DNA of 64,000 nucleotides from an uncultured Porphyrobacter sp. (GTDB taxonomy: Bacteria > Pseudomonadota > Alphaproteobacteria > Sphingomonadales > Sphingomonadaceae), in contig CAYGQX010000006.1 in the NCBI GenBank assembly GCA_964352245.1, forward strand, positions 7,396 to 71,395. The letters are read 5' to 3'. Under the pieces are notes generated by a model. It worked only from the letters and a program-made list of their open reading frames with translations. It had not been told where the DNA came from and made no database searches. This document shows positions 1 through 10,586 of the stretch, in pieces; within the stretch, counting starts at the first letter, position 1; every line of letters starts with the position of its first letter. The position numbers and the translations under genes were made by a program.

Positions 1-1054
1 CGCCAACGATCCAATGCACCCGGGGCGCACCGTCATTGATTGCCGGGTCAGGTGGGAACGCTGCCAATGCAGGCGCGCTTGATGCCGTGTTGGTTGCTTT
101 GGAATCGTTGATGAATGTGACACCATCGTCTTCGCAAACCAATTCCATGCGATGCGGCAGACTTTGAAACCGCGGGAGCGCGTGTTGCCATTGCGCAGGC
201 TTCACGCCCAGCTCCCCTGCAATAGCAATCGCGATGGCCGCATTTTCAAGATTGTGCGGTCCCTGCAGGGTTGGCCATTTCGATTGCATCGGCGCAAGAT
301 CATTCAGGCTAACGGCAAAAGCGCGCCCATCGCCGCGGCGAGATTTCTCACTTTCATAGATTGCACCAGCAGGCCCTTCGAGCGCACCAAACACCGCCAG
401 ATTATCTGTTGATTGCATCTGGAAAAGACGCTCTTTCGCAGCCGCATAGGCGGCATAATCAGTGTAGCGATCGAGATGATCGGGAGTGATATTAGTGAGC
501 GCTGCCACATCGCAATCAAGCTCAACTGTCAGATCAATCTGATAACTCGACAGCTCCAGCACATAGACGCCCACGCCATTTTCATTGGGGGCAAGCGGCT
601 TTTGGCCCAAAATCGGATCGCCAATATTGCCGCCAAGCACGCTGGGGATGCCTGCCATCTGAAGGATATGATGGAGCAGCGCCACCGTGGTCGATTTGCC
701 ATTGGTGCCGGTAACGCCAACAACCTTGTGCGGCGGCAATTGTGGGAGTGCCTGCGCAAAAAGCTCAATATCGCCGATCACTGGCACGCCGTAATTGGCC
801 GCATGTTCTGCGATTGGGTGCGTATTCAGAGGGACGCCGGGAGAAACAATAACCCCTGCATACCCTCTTAAATCCGCTTGCAACGGATCAACCAATTCGC
901 AGCGTCCCTCAAACGGGTCACGCGCAACATCCTGTCTGTCCCAGGCGATGACTTGCGCACCGCTTGCAAGAAGTGTTTCGACCACAGCCGCGCCCGAACG
1001 CGCCAGGCCGAGAACGGCATAGCGTTTGTTCGCAAAGGCTTGTGATGTGATCAA
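1..1054 (-). CDS. murD: UDP-N-acetylmuramoyl-L-alanine--D-glutamate ligase (partial; 3' end runs off the window)
   Basis: Manually translated (absent from ORF track): TTG start at 1054, MITSQAFANKRYAVLGLARSG; P-loop VGVTGTNGKSTT; GLPHRMELV and FINDSKATN motifs; directly follows mraY. Confidence 0.95.
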   Translation of the reverse strand, partial: MITSQAFANKRYAVLGLARSGAAVVETLLASGAQVIAWDRQDVARDPFEGRCELVDPLQADLRGYAGVIVSPGVPLNTHPIAEHAANYGVPVIGDIELFAQALPQLPPHKVVGVTGTNGKSTTVALLHHILQMAGIPSVLGGNIGDPILGQKPLAPNENGVGVYVLELSSYQIDLTVELDCDVAALTNITPDHLDRYTDYAAYAAAKERLFQMQSTDNLAVFGALEGPAGAIYESEKSRRGDGRAFAVSLNDLAPMQSKWPTLQGPHNLENAAIAIAIAGELGVKPAQWQHALPRFQSLPHRMELVCEDDGVTFINDSKATNTASSAPALAAFPPDPAINDGAPRVHWIVG

Positions 1055-1064
1055 TCGAAGTACC

Positions 1065-2135
1065 TTATCTTAGCTTCAAAGTGGCAAGGCCAATCAGCGC
1101 AAGGATGATCGCGACAATCCAGAAACGGATCACAACCTTGCTTTCGCTCCAGCCCAATTGTTCAAAGTGATGGTGAATTGGCGCCATGCGGAACACACGT
1201 TTGCCTGTCCGTTTGAACCAGAACACCTGAATGATAACGCTCAAAGCTTCAAAGACGAACAGACCGCCAACAATCGCCAGCACAACCTCGTGATGCGCGG
1301 CAACCGCGATGGCGCCCAAAGCACCTCCCAATGCGAGCGATCCGGTATCACCCATAAAAACCGCAGCTGGCGGCGCGTTGAACCACAAAAAGGCAAGCCC
1401 GCCGCCCATAATAGCCGCGCAGAATATCGCCAGTTCGCCGGCGCCCGGAACATGCGGAATTCCAAGATATTCGGAGAAATCCGCGCGTCCGACCAGATAG
1501 GAGATAATTGCAAAAGTGCCTGCCGCGATGATAACCGGCATAATGGCAAGGCCATCAAGCCCATCTGTCAGGTTCACCGCATTGCCCGCGCCAACCATGA
1601 CAAAGGCAGCAAACAGGTAATATGCAGGGCCAAGCGGTATCTCCACGTCGGAGAAGAACGGGATGTAAAGGTTGGTGTTGATCTGGCTGACGATAATATA
1701 GCTCGCCACGCCAGCAACCGCGAATTCCATCAACAATCGAACCTTGCCCGACAGCCCGGCATGGCTGTTCTTTGTGACTTTGTCGTAATCATCGAGAAAC
1801 CCGATAATCCCAAAGCCCAATGTGACCGCCAGACACGCCCACACAAACGGGCTGCGCAAATCCATCCAAAGCGTCAGCGAGAATGTGAGCGCCACAAGGA
1901 TCATCAATCCGCCCATGGTTGGCGTGCCGCGTTTTGCGAGGTGTGATTGCGGGCCGTCTTCGCGGATTGGCTGGCCCTTGCCTTGCCTTACGCGCAGCAT
2001 ATTGATGAATTTTGGACCGATAATCAGGCCAAAAATCAGCGCCGTCATAAGCGTCGCACCAGTGCGAAACGTCTGATACCGCACCAGATTGAAGATGCCT
2101 TCAAAGCCCATCCATTCAGCAAGGAGGTAAAGCAT
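1065..2135 (-). CDS. mraY: Phospho-N-acetylmuramoyl-pentapeptide transferase
   Basis: [33 protein letters not shown] and MAPIHHHFE motifs; dcw context. Confidence 0.98.
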   Translation of the reverse strand: MLYLLAEWMGFEGIFNLVRYQTFRTGATLMTALIFGLIIGPKFINMLRVRQGKGQPIREDGPQSHLAKRGTPTMGGLMILVALTFSLTLWMDLRSPFVWACLAVTLGFGIIGFLDDYDKVTKNSHAGLSGKVRLLMEFAVAGVASYIIVSQINTNLYIPFFSDVEIPLGPAYYLFAAFVMVGAGNAVNLTDGLDGLAIMPVIIAAGTFAIISYLVGRADFSEYLGIPHVPGAGELAIFCAAIMGGGLAFLWFNAPPAAVFMGDTGSLALGGALGAIAVAAHHEVVLAIVGGLFVFEALSVIIQVFWFKRTGKRVFRMAPIHHHFEQLGWSESKVVIRFWIVAIILALIGLATLKLR

Positions 2136-2155
2136 TTATATCCCTTGGACCGCGC

Positions 2156-3640
2156 TCATTGCGGCGCGCTCGTAAAATGTGAAACCAGCTTGGAGAGGCC
2201 AACCGAATTGGATCCCTTGACCAGCACGGCATCGCCGTTTGATAGGCCAAATTGTTCCAGCGCCTCGATTGCATCCCCAACGCTTTCGCAATGCTGAAAG
2301 CTGGGCGTGTTGCCAACCGAGCCTGCACTCGCTTTCCCCAATTGGTCGGATAGCTGTGATGCAAGGTCGCGCATCTCTTCACCCAATAAAATAGCAAAGT
2401 CGATGCGCGCATCCGCCATTGGTCCTGCCAGTTGGCGATGGAATTTAGGGCCAAAATCCCCCAATTCTTTCATGCTGCCCAATACAGCGATACGGCGCGT
2501 CGCTGGCGTTTGGCCAAGGCTTGCCAATGTGGCGCGCATCGATGCGGGATTGGCGTTGTAACTTTCATCCACCAGCAAGGCTTTGCCGCCAGCCGCGCCG
2601 ATCTGGAAGCGCGCGCCGCGACCTTTAAGGCCTCCCATTTCCGCCATGGCAAGACCAGCACTGGCAAGATCGCCGCCGCTTGCGCGAATGGCAGCCATCA
2701 CGCCAAGCGAATTGTTGATCCAGTGTTCGCCCGGCTCTGAGATGGTGTAGCACAATCGCGTATCGCCAAGATCAGCCGTGACAAGCGATCCGCCATTGTC
2801 CTGTGGGATCGCATCAAGCAGGCGCACATCGGCGTTTTCGCTGCGCCCAAAAGTGACGATCTTCACGCCCAGCGCGCGGGCATGGCCGATCAGCCGATCG
2901 GCCATATCGGTATCGGCGGGAATGATCGCGGTGCCGCCTTCTACAAGACCAGTGAAAATCTGTGCTTTTTCATCGGCAATGGCTTCAATCGAGCCCAAAT
3001 TTTCTATGTGTGCAGGCGCGATAGTGGTGACCATGGCGACATGGGGGCGGACGTGATCGGCCAATGGCGCGATTTCGCCTGCGTGGTTCATACCCATTTC
3101 AAACACGCCAAAGCGCGCGCGCGCTGGCATTCGTGCAAGGCTGAGCGGGACGCCCACGTGATTGTTATAACTGCGCACTGAGCGATGCGAGGCACCGCGG
3201 CTGGCGCAGTCAAGGCTGTTAAAGATCGCCTCTTTTACGCCTGTCTTACCGACCGAACCTGTCACAGCTATTCGAACTGCTTCGCTGCGGTCGCGCGCGG
3301 CATGAGCCAGATCGTGAAGCGCCTTTGTGGTGTCTTTTACAAGCACGTGGGGGAAATCAACGGGGCGATCGACAATCGCGGCAACTGCGCCTTTGGCAAA
3401 AGCTGTGGGGATGAATTTGTGCCCATCCATCGCTTCGCCTTTAAGCGCGACAAACACATCGCCAGGGCGCACATCGCGGCTGTCCATTTCGACACCGGCT
3501 GCTTGAAACTGATGGCTCGCAGTGCCGCCTGTCGCTGACGCGATCGCAGCCGCATCCCAAAGCGCCATGGGCAATGCATCGCGGGCATCGATTGGCCAGG
3601 CGTGGAGCAATTTGTGGATCGAGTGATTGACAGCGTTCAC
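2156..3640 (-). CDS. murF: UDP-N-acetylmuramoyl-tripeptide--D-alanyl-D-alanine ligase
   Basis: AVTGSVGKT, SYNNHVGVPLSL, DESYNANPASM, VLVKGSNSVGL; GTG start overlaps murE stop. Confidence 0.97.
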   Translation of the reverse strand: MNAVNHSIHKLLHAWPIDARDALPMALWDAAAIASATGGTASHQFQAAGVEMDSRDVRPGDVFVALKGEAMDGHKFIPTAFAKGAVAAIVDRPVDFPHVLVKDTTKALHDLAHAARDRSEAVRIAVTGSVGKTGVKEAIFNSLDCASRGASHRSVRSYNNHVGVPLSLARMPARARFGVFEMGMNHAGEIAPLADHVRPHVAMVTTIAPAHIENLGSIEAIADEKAQIFTGLVEGGTAIIPADTDMADRLIGHARALGVKIVTFGRSENADVRLLDAIPQDNGGSLVTADLGDTRLCYTISEPGEHWINNSLGVMAAIRASGGDLASAGLAMAEMGGLKGRGARFQIGAAGGKALLVDESYNANPASMRATLASLGQTPATRRIAVLGSMKELGDFGPKFHRQLAGPMADARIDFAILLGEEMRDLASQLSDQLGKASAGSVGNTPSFQHCESVGDAIEALEQFGLSNGDAVLVKGSNSVGLSKLVSHFTSAPQ

Positions 3641-5148
3641 GTGGATTCACTCCCGATTTCAGCCGCGCATTCGCGTGCGACTGTTACGTCATCAAAGGCA
3701 AGCACTCGCATATTGTCTCCTGACCCGATTATCTGCCCTTGTTCATGACCTTTGCCAGCCACGAGGATAATATCATGTGCGCCAGCATCAGCGATGGCAG
3801 CGGCAATCGCCTTGCGGCGATCGGCTATATCACGCGCTTCGCCCGTAGTGACGCCGCGCATAATCTCGCTGCGAATGGTAGATGGGTCTTCGCCGCGCGG
3901 ATTATCATCCGTAACAATCACGAGGTCAGCCATGCGAGCCGCCACATCGCCCATTGGTGCGCGCTTGCCAGTATCGCGGTCCCCGCCTGCACCAAAGACG
4001 ACGATCAGCCGTCCGCCTTTGCCCGCATCCACATGCGGACGCAGCGCTGCAATCGCTGCTTCCAAAGCATCAGGCGTATGTGCGTAATCGATGTAAACAG
4101 GGGCGCCTTGCTGAGTGATGACCGCGCGCTCTAACCTGCCACGGACAGGCTGAAGGCGCGACACGGCATCAAAGACCTGGCTTGCGCGCGATCCTGTTGC
4201 CAAAGCCAAACTCGCAGCACACAGCGCGTTGGCCGCCTGATAGGCGCCGATCAAGGGAAGTTTTACAGAACGCTCCTCTCCCTCAAACTCAACGCGAAGG
4301 ACTTGCCCCAATTGCGTGGGTTCGCGGTGGACGAGACGGAGGAAAGTGTCACGCTTTTGACCCTCCGCCTCGCCGACAACAAGCACGCGCCTGTCACGAG
4401 CGCGCGCATGCTCAATCGCTTTTCCCGTCCATTCATTGCTGTCGTCCGCGCGCCAGATTACAACCGGCGCATCAGGTTCAATCACGTCATCAAACAACCG
4501 CATCTTGGCCTCGAAATAGGCCTCCATCGTGCCGTGATAATCCAGGTGATCGCGGCTGAAATTCGTAAACGCACATGCCGATACAGCGACACCTTCATTG
4601 CGGTATTGCGACAGCCCATGGCTGGATGCTTCATAAGCGACATGGCTGACACCTTCACGCGCCAAACCGCTGATATTACTTAGAAATGTGACGATATCGG
4701 GCGTCGTCAATCCGGTCGAAACGCTGCCATCCGGGGTTGTCACACCCAAAGTCCCAATGCTGGCTGCGCGCTCCCCGCACATGCGCCAGATCTGCCGCGT
4801 CATCTCGGCCGTGGAAGTCTTTCCATTCGTGCCGGTGATCGCAACAATCATTTGCGGGAACGGAGCAAAGAAACCACTCGCAAGCTTCGCAAAAGTCTGT
4901 CGCGGTTCACCGCTTGCAACATGCAGCGCGCCATCCACGTCCGCCTCTGGGCGAGCCACCACCGCCACTGCGCCCGCTTCCACTGCATCCTTAATCACAT
5001 CTTCAGCGTTAAACTGCGCGCCGCGAAACGCACCGAACACTGTGCCGGGGGCTACCTTGCGATGGTCAATAGCAAAGCCGGTGACGTTCGCATCACCGGC
5101 TTTGCCCCTCTCCAACTGTGCTCGCTCCATCAGCGCTGAAAGCTTCAT
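3637..5148 (-). CDS. murE: UDP-N-acetylmuramoyl-L-alanyl-D-glutamate--2,6-diaminopimelate ligase
   Basis: ITGTNGKTST, LTTPD, EASSHGL, DYAHTPDAL and the DAP-specific DDNPR motif. Confidence 0.97.
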   Translation of the reverse strand: MKLSALMERAQLERGKAGDANVTGFAIDHRKVAPGTVFGAFRGAQFNAEDVIKDAVEAGAVAVVARPEADVDGALHVASGEPRQTFAKLASGFFAPFPQMIVAITGTNGKTSTAEMTRQIWRMCGERAASIGTLGVTTPDGSVSTGLTTPDIVTFLSNISGLAREGVSHVAYEASSHGLSQYRNEGVAVSACAFTNFSRDHLDYHGTMEAYFEAKMRLFDDVIEPDAPVVIWRADDSNEWTGKAIEHARARDRRVLVVGEAEGQKRDTFLRLVHREPTQLGQVLRVEFEGEERSVKLPLIGAYQAANALCAASLALATGSRASQVFDAVSRLQPVRGRLERAVITQQGAPVYIDYAHTPDALEAAIAALRPHVDAGKGGRLIVVFGAGGDRDTGKRAPMGDVAARMADLVIVTDDNPRGEDPSTIRSEIMRGVTTGEARDIADRRKAIAAAIADAGAHDIILVAGKGHEQGQIIGSGDNMRVLAFDDVTVARECAAEIGSEST

Positions 5149-6866
5149 TTGCGCCCCTCCACCAAATAGCGAAGGTCCGAGATATCAACGTCGCGCCGGT
5201 TATCGGGCCGCACACCCAGAATTGGCGCGATGCGCGGCACCAGCCGTCCGACAATCGGCGCAGCGTTAAAAGCTGCCGTGCGCTGGAATGAACTGGCTGC
5301 TGTCCCGCGCGGTTCATCAAGCACAATAACAATCACATAACGTGGTGCATCCATGGGAAAAGCAGCCGCAAACGAAGCGATCAAAGAGGTCTTGCGATAT
5401 CCGCCACCGCTCGCTTTTTCAGCAGAGCCGGTTTTCCCGCCCACCCGGTAACCCGGCGCATCGGCATTGCGGCCTGTTCCGTACATCGAAATCATCCGCA
5501 AAAGCTGGCGCATACGCGATGAGGTTGAAGTTTTGAACACGCGGCGCCCACGCGGCACATCTACGGGTTCAAGCTTGTGCAAAGTTGCCGGCCGCCAAAT
5601 CCCGCCATTCACCATGGCCGCATAAGCATTCGCCAAATGCAGCGGCGTCACAGCCAGACCGTGGCCATAGCTGACCGTCATATTGGTAAGCCTGCTCCAG
5701 CGTCCCCGCGGCCAAAGCGGCTGCCCCTTGGCAGGCAATTCGATATGCGGGCGCTCATTCATACCCAACTCAATCATGGATTTGCGCAGTTTTTCCGCAC
5801 CCAGTTCATTGGCAACGCGCGCCGTCACCGTATTCGATGAATAAACAAGCGCTTGCGGCACATTCAGCGATGCACCCTTGGGTTTGAGATCGCGGATTTT
5901 GCGGCCCGACATTTCAACCGTTGCTGCATTCCACGGCTTGCTCATGTCGCGCACAACGCCGGCATCGATCGCTGCGGCAATGCTGATCGGTTTGAATGTC
6001 GAACCCAGCTCGTACACCTGATTGGTGACGCGGTTCATCATGTTTGCCTGACCTTCGGCGTCAATCGCGTTGGGATCAAAATCGGGCAAAGATGCAAGCG
6101 CCATCACTTCGCCCGTATCGACATCCAGAACAATGCCAGCTGCACCCAGGGCATTGGTCGCAAGCATTCCGCGCCGCAATTCATCTTCCAACGCACCCTG
6201 GGCACGCGCATCAATGGAAAGCGCGACCGGATTGTTGCGCAGCTCAGGATCAGCCAATTGATCGTTGAGCACCTGTTCCATGCCCAAACGCCCCGTTTCA
6301 TCAGAGGCCACATAGCCCAGCACATGCGATGCAAGAGTGCCTTGCGGATAGTGGCGGTCGGTCTCGCGCGGGATCTGGAGCGCGATTTCTCCCAAGCGGT
6401 AAACCTTGTTGGCATCTTCGGGCAGGACCCGGCGGCGTAGATAGCCAGCTTTGCCCGCTTCAAGGCGGCGTATCGTGCGGCGTTCATTGATTGTCGGGAA
6501 AATCTCTTTGAGCGATGCTGCGACTTTGGCAGGTTCATTCACCAATGGCGAACCACCATCGCCCATCGCCTTTGGATCAAACCACAACGCGTAGGCGGGG
6601 AATGCCCGCGCAAGAGGCTTGCCATTGCGATCGGTAATCTCGCCGCGCGGGGGCAACAATTGTTCTGCGAGGCTGGAATGCGCCTGTGTGCTGCCACCCA
6701 ATCCAAGATAAGCAATCCGGACCAGCGCCGCGACCGCAATAAACGTGAACAAAATAGCAATCCACAATACGCGCCAACGCGCGGTCAACAGCGATTGATA
6801 CCGAAGCTGGACCAGTTGAATGCGCCCTGCCTCAATCGCTGGCCGAGGCGCGGCAAAAACGCTCAT
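5145..6866 (-). CDS. ftsI: Peptidoglycan D,D-transpeptidase FtsI (PBP3)
   Basis: N-terminal TM helix, RGEITDRNG, SxxK (STFK), SxN (SSN), KTG motif (GKTGSAEK); dcw position. Confidence 0.95.
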   Translation of the reverse strand: MSVFAAPRPAIEAGRIQLVQLRYQSLLTARWRVLWIAILFTFIAVAALVRIAYLGLGGSTQAHSSLAEQLLPPRGEITDRNGKPLARAFPAYALWFDPKAMGDGGSPLVNEPAKVAASLKEIFPTINERRTIRRLEAGKAGYLRRRVLPEDANKVYRLGEIALQIPRETDRHYPQGTLASHVLGYVASDETGRLGMEQVLNDQLADPELRNNPVALSIDARAQGALEDELRRGMLATNALGAAGIVLDVDTGEVMALASLPDFDPNAIDAEGQANMMNRVTNQVYELGSTFKPISIAAAIDAGVVRDMSKPWNAATVEMSGRKIRDLKPKGASLNVPQALVYSSNTVTARVANELGAEKLRKSMIELGMNERPHIELPAKGQPLWPRGRWSRLTNMTVSYGHGLAVTPLHLANAYAAMVNGGIWRPATLHKLEPVDVPRGRRVFKTSTSSRMRQLLRMISMYGTGRNADAPGYRVGGKTGSAEKASGGGYRKTSLIASFAAAFPMDAPRYVIVIVLDEPRGTAASSFQRTAAFNAAPIVGRLVPRIAPILGVRPDNRRDVDISDLRYLVEGRK

Positions 6867-7450
6867 TCACCTGCCTCGACGGTTTGACCAGACGATCCTT
6901 GATCTGAATTGAAAGGCATCACCATGGGCGTTTGCGCCTTGGCCGCACGAATGGGTGAGGCCTCAATCAGGAAATTGCCAAAGGCTTCTGTAAAGGCTGC
7001 GCCGGGGTCATTAACCTCCACACTAGCCGATGCGAGCGTGATCGGCTGACCGGTAATGGGCGACACCATCGGGCCTGTTTCCATCGGCTGTGCACCGGCG
7101 CCTTGTGTATCAGCGCGCGCAACCCGGATCGGGTTTGGCGCATCGGGTCCAAGCGGCTGGCCAAGGCTGGCAAGCTGGCGTTCATTGTCGAAATACTGAT
7201 CGGCACGCGGGGCTTCGTATCCGAATTCAACACGGTTCCAATTGGCAAGCTGGCGCTGACTGGCGCGCGCCTGAAATTCGGTTTCCAGCATGACGGTTTG
7301 GCGCTCAAGCTGCACAATCTGACGTTCAGCCAAAAGCACTTCGCTTTTCACGGCAAGCGTGCTGAGGCTGAGAAGCGCAAACAGGCCAAGACACATCGCT
7401 AGCGCTGCAACCCACCCGATTTGGCGTTTTCTTGCATCAGTGACGATCAT
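6863..7450 (-). CDS. ftsL: Cell division protein FtsL-like (TM plus coiled coil, long C-terminal extension)
   Basis: Located between rsmH and ftsI with overlapping stop/start codons; single TM followed by a heptad-like region. Confidence 0.75.
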   Translation of the reverse strand: MIVTDARKRQIGWVAALAMCLGLFALLSLSTLAVKSEVLLAERQIVQLERQTVMLETEFQARASQRQLANWNRVEFGYEAPRADQYFDNERQLASLGQPLGPDAPNPIRVARADTQGAGAQPMETGPMVSPITGQPITLASASVEVNDPGAAFTEAFGNFLIEASPIRAAKAQTPMVMPFNSDQGSSGQTVEAGE

Positions 7451-8397
7451 TGGGACGCTCCTTCGGTTGGATTTGCGGTACGAATGGCAGTGCGCAGGAT
7501 GGATGAGCGTGCGCGTGGATTGCGCGCGATTTCGACTTCGCTGGGGCGGATCGCCTTGGAAACCCTGGTGAAAGTGGGCGGGGGGCCAGGAGTTTCGCCG
7601 GGCAGGTGACGCGACACCGCGCGGCCAGCGCCCGATGCTTCGCGCAGGAACCGTTTGACAATGCGGTCTTCAAGACTGTGAAAGCTCACAACCGCCAAAA
7701 CGCCGCCTTCTTTAAGCAAAGCCTGAGCTGCCAAAAGACCTGCGCGCAATTCGCCAAGCTCATCATTCACATGAATGCGAACCGCCTGAAAACTGCGTGT
7801 TGCAGGGTCTTTTTTATCATGCGGCTTATGCCCAAGCGCGCGGCGTACCACACGAGCAAAATCGCCGGTCGTCTCAAGCGGACGCGCCGCAACGATCGCA
7901 CGTGCAACCCGGCGCGACTGACGCTCTTCGCCATATTGATACAGAACATCGGCAATCGCCGCTTCATCTGCATCGTTGAGGAAATCGGCAGCGCTCTGGC
8001 CCTCTTGGCTCATCCGCATATCAAGCGGACCATCCGACTGGAATGAAAAGCCGCGCGCCTCTTGATCGAGCTGCATCGAGGATACACCGATATCCATCAC
8101 AACCGCATCAACCTCAGGCACACCAATTTCGCCAAGAGCTTCGCGCATTTCGGAAAAACGATAGGGGTGCAGCGACAATTGCCCATCAAACCGGGCAACC
8201 ATATCGGCTCCATCGCGGATCGCGGCAGGATCGCGGTCAAACGCATAAACGCGCGCGCCGTGTTCAAGCAGAGCTGCGGAATATCCTCCTGCACCAAAAG
8301 TGGCGTCAACCACGGCCATACCGGGCGCAGGCGCGATGCCAGCGATAACTTCGTCAATCAGAACGGGAACATGAGGCTGGGTTTGGGCTGCGATCAT
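7447..8397 (-). CDS. rsmH: 16S rRNA m4C1402 methyltransferase
   Basis: [53 protein letters not shown]. Confidence 0.98.
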   Translation of the reverse strand: MIAAQTQPHVPVLIDEVIAGIAPAPGMAVVDATFGAGGYSAALLEHGARVYAFDRDPAAIRDGADMVARFDGQLSLHPYRFSEMREALGEIGVPEVDAVVMDIGVSSMQLDQEARGFSFQSDGPLDMRMSQEGQSAADFLNDADEAAIADVLYQYGEERQSRRVARAIVAARPLETTGDFARVVRRALGHKPHDKKDPATRSFQAVRIHVNDELGELRAGLLAAQALLKEGGVLAVVSFHSLEDRIVKRFLREASGAGRAVSRHLPGETPGPPPTFTRVSKAIRPSEVEIARNPRARSSILRTAIRTANPTEGASQ

Positions 8398-8906
8398 TGC
8401 TTGCCCCCCTTGGCCTTTGCCTTGGCTTCAGCTTCCGCAAGCTTTTTTGCGCAAGCTGCCTTTGCCGCTCTGTAAGCGGGGCCCATTTTGGCAAGCTCTT
8501 CAGGGTTCCAGATCAGGAAGAAATCGCCTGCACCCTGGAAAAACAGGCCATCCCCCACATTGGCGAGATCGCGAATGTAATCGGGCATGGTGAAACGGCC
8601 GCTATCGTCAAACGGGACAGGTTCATATCCAAAAAGCTGTTGGGCGCGCGTGTCGTAATCGAACTGCGTATCATTCATGCGGATGGCACGCTCTTGTTCG
8701 TCTTCGAGTTTTTTCTGAAGCTTCTCAATGCGCGAGAGGCCGAAACCGATCAGGCAATCGAATTTTTCATGGCCTGCCAGGCAAAGGGTTTTTACCCCGC
8801 CCGAACTGTCCTTGATTTCCTTGCGAAGCGCAGGAGGCAGCGCAAAACGGCCCTTATCGCCAACCGGCGAATAGGCAAAGCCGCTATATGCTCCTGTCCC
8901 CGACAC
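8394..8906 (-). CDS. mraZ: Division/cell wall cluster transcriptional repressor MraZ
   Basis: Two AbrB-like repeats (DKGRFALP; DDSGRFTMP); first gene of dcw; GTG start at 8906 chosen because of a GGGGA RBS (ORF track extends to 9047). Confidence 0.88.
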   Translation of the reverse strand: MSGTGAYSGFAYSPVGDKGRFALPPALRKEIKDSSGGVKTLCLAGHEKFDCLIGFGLSRIEKLQKKLEDEQERAIRMNDTQFDYDTRAQQLFGYEPVPFDDSGRFTMPDYIRDLANVGDGLFFQGAGDFFLIWNPEELAKMGPAYRAAKAACAKKLAEAEAKAKAKGGKQ

Positions 8907-9061
8907 CTGAACCAATCCCCGCATTCGCTTTTGCGGGTGCACTCCCTGCTGCCCGCTTCTTGCCAAGACATGCCTTCCCCGTAGCCACCCCCGCGCGAAC
9001 GAGAGCAGCGCGCAAACCCTTTTGGGGCGCGCACGGCAAACAAACATGTTTGATGGAAGCC

Positions 9062-9291
9062 GGTAATATCCGGGAACCAGGCGGGTGAAAAGGGTTTTTC
9101 GCGGGAAATCACGGGATTAAATGGTAAATACTTGATTTACCGAGATTTCGTTTTGTGAATTTCTCTCCAACAATCCCTGATCGTCACCAAAATTTCCGTA
9201 ATTCCCCCAATCAAAACGCTGAAATCCCGCTCAAAACCCGTCGAGTCCCGATCTCAGGGATGTACTTAGCCAACTTTCCCGCGATTTCCCC
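9062..9291. promoter_or_regulatory. Helically phased GGG/CCC repeat array upstream of mraZ; candidate MraZ operator around palindrome GGTAAAT-N5-ATTTACC (9123-9141)
   Basis: GG(G) at about 10-bp period from 9062 to 9123; CC(C) at about 10-bp period from 9167 to 9289; MraZ is known to bind 10-bp-spaced TGGGN-type repeats. Confidence 0.6.
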
Positions 9292-9307
9292 AATGTTCAA
9301 AACCACT

Positions 9308-10123
9308 TCACCGCGCGAATGCAAAATCAATCAAGGCTGCCATAGCTTCAAAGTTCTCACCAGCCATTTCGCGATGCTCAAACACAGCCGCATCGCCGAA
9401 CAAGGTCGCGTGCCCATCCCCAATCGCGCACCGAACACCATAACCATCACCGAAAGAAACGCACGAAGCTGCCTCAGGATCAATTACATTCCACCGCGAT
9501 CCGACTTCGACAGAAACTTGAGCCTCGCCAAGCGCGATTTTGGCCCTGCCCTGCTCAATCCTCGCAGGTTCATCAAATTCCACCTCAAGCCCCCAACGCG
9601 TTACAACCGGCGGAATGGAAAAGAGCGAGGTATCCAGAGGCCTTCGTGGGTCACCCAGCGGCAAATCATAATGCCCCGTCAGCAGAGGATCGAGTACAAT
9701 TAGCGCTTCTCCCCCGTCGCGCACCCACTTATCAAGTGAGACATTATCCATAGGCGTCAACACGCGCGGCTGGATGATTGCTAGATGGCGGAGCCCGCTA
9801 AGAGGAGCATCCATTGCCTCCTCATCGATTGGTGACAGCGTGTCGAGCGGCATGACTGTATAGCAATTGCTCAGCGCTCTGGCTTGCCATGGACGCTGGG
9901 TTTTTCCTTGAGCAAAATCTGCGATCTCTGTCCCCAGCTCCCAATTCAGTGGCAAACTGGTCATTAGCCCCAAGACAGGAGGAGGTTCGCCCGCATTGCA
10001 TGGCATGTGCGAGGCTTCATCGCTTCCAGGCCCGGGATCATGATGGCTGTGTTCGGAAGTGTTTGAGCAAGCCGCAAGCCATGCCGTCAGGACTAAACCA
10101 ACCGCCTTACGGCTCGGACTCAT
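9308..10123 (-). CDS. Exported/lipoprotein-like protein, possibly GldG/ABC-auxiliary-like
   Basis: ATG at 10123 (MSPSRKAVGLVLTAWLAACS, lipobox-like LAAC) overlapping the upstream stop; LGLMTSLPL, LAIIQPR, WVRDGG and DP(L)L motifs. Confidence 0.6.
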   Translation of the reverse strand: MSPSRKAVGLVLTAWLAACSNTSEHSHHDPGPGSDEASHMPCNAGEPPPVLGLMTSLPLNWELGTEIADFAQGKTQRPWQARALSNCYTVMPLDTLSPIDEEAMDAPLSGLRHLAIIQPRVLTPMDNVSLDKWVRDGGEALIVLDPLLTGHYDLPLGDPRRPLDTSLFSIPPVVTRWGLEVEFDEPARIEQGRAKIALGEAQVSVEVGSRWNVIDPEAASCVSFGDGYGVRCAIGDGHATLFGDAAVFEHREMAGENFEAMAALIDFAFAR

Positions 10124-10541
10124 TGGCCGCTTCAGTATCGGGAGTATCGGGAACTTTGCCATCTTCAGCAAAGATTGGGTCTTGCAGGGCTTTGGCCTCG
10201 ATGGGCTCTTCGGGCTCTGCGGGGATATCGGGCACAATTCCGGCGTCAGCGAGAGGATCGACTTGCGATGGAGCCTCAGTCGGCTCAGTCGTCGGAGCCG
10301 CATCGGGAACCGCCGCTTGTTCTGCCAGCTCGACCTGAGTTCCAATAATGCTCGCAAGACCAACGAGCAGGATCATCGAGCAAATTCCCAATAGCCCTGC
10401 CTGCAAACGCTGGACAGCCTCAGTGCGAGTTCCGCCTAACGGCATCGAACTAGGCGCGGTATTTTGCATGCCCGCACCGTTTCGACCGTCCTCCTCAATG
10501 GCGGCTAAATCGCCGTCAAATAACTTTCTCCCTGCCATCAT
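10107..10541 (-). CDS. Hypothetical single-TM protein with Pro/Ala/acidic tail
   Basis: TM segment GLLGICSMILLVGLASIIG; DPLADAGIVPDIP; stop overlaps the start of the next gene. Confidence 0.7.
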   Translation of the reverse strand: MMAGRKLFDGDLAAIEEDGRNGAGMQNTAPSSMPLGGTRTEAVQRLQAGLLGICSMILLVGLASIIGTQVELAEQAAVPDAAPTTEPTEAPSQVDPLADAGIVPDIPAEPEEPIEAKALQDPIFAEDGKVPDTPDTEAANESEP

Positions 10542-10586
10542 TGATGCGTAACGTGCTGTGAGCTGATTGTCGATGCTGCTGATACG

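Noticed and set aside
1158-1946. 262-aa plus-strand ORF and other long antisense ORFs (e.g. 14166-14918, 31331-32068, 45639-46448, 46473-47099, 57227-58186)
   Set aside because: They lie wholly opposite well-supported genes (mraY, S9 peptidase, amidohydrolase, hydrolase, cpaA, SDR) and have no recognisable motifs; they are shadow ORFs expected from GC-rich codon bias
8907-9047. Longer mraZ start at 9047
   Set aside because: No similarity to MraZ; the RBS and GTG at 8906 give a normal-length protein
9155-9703. 182-aa plus-strand ORF over the mraZ upstream region
   Set aside because: Overlaps the phased regulatory array and the antisense 9308-10123 gene; low-information composition
10124-10363. 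N-terminal extension of the 351-aa ORF 9308-10363
   Set aside because: Overlaps the separate 10107-10541 gene in another frame; ATG at 10123 with a lipoprotein-like signal is the better start
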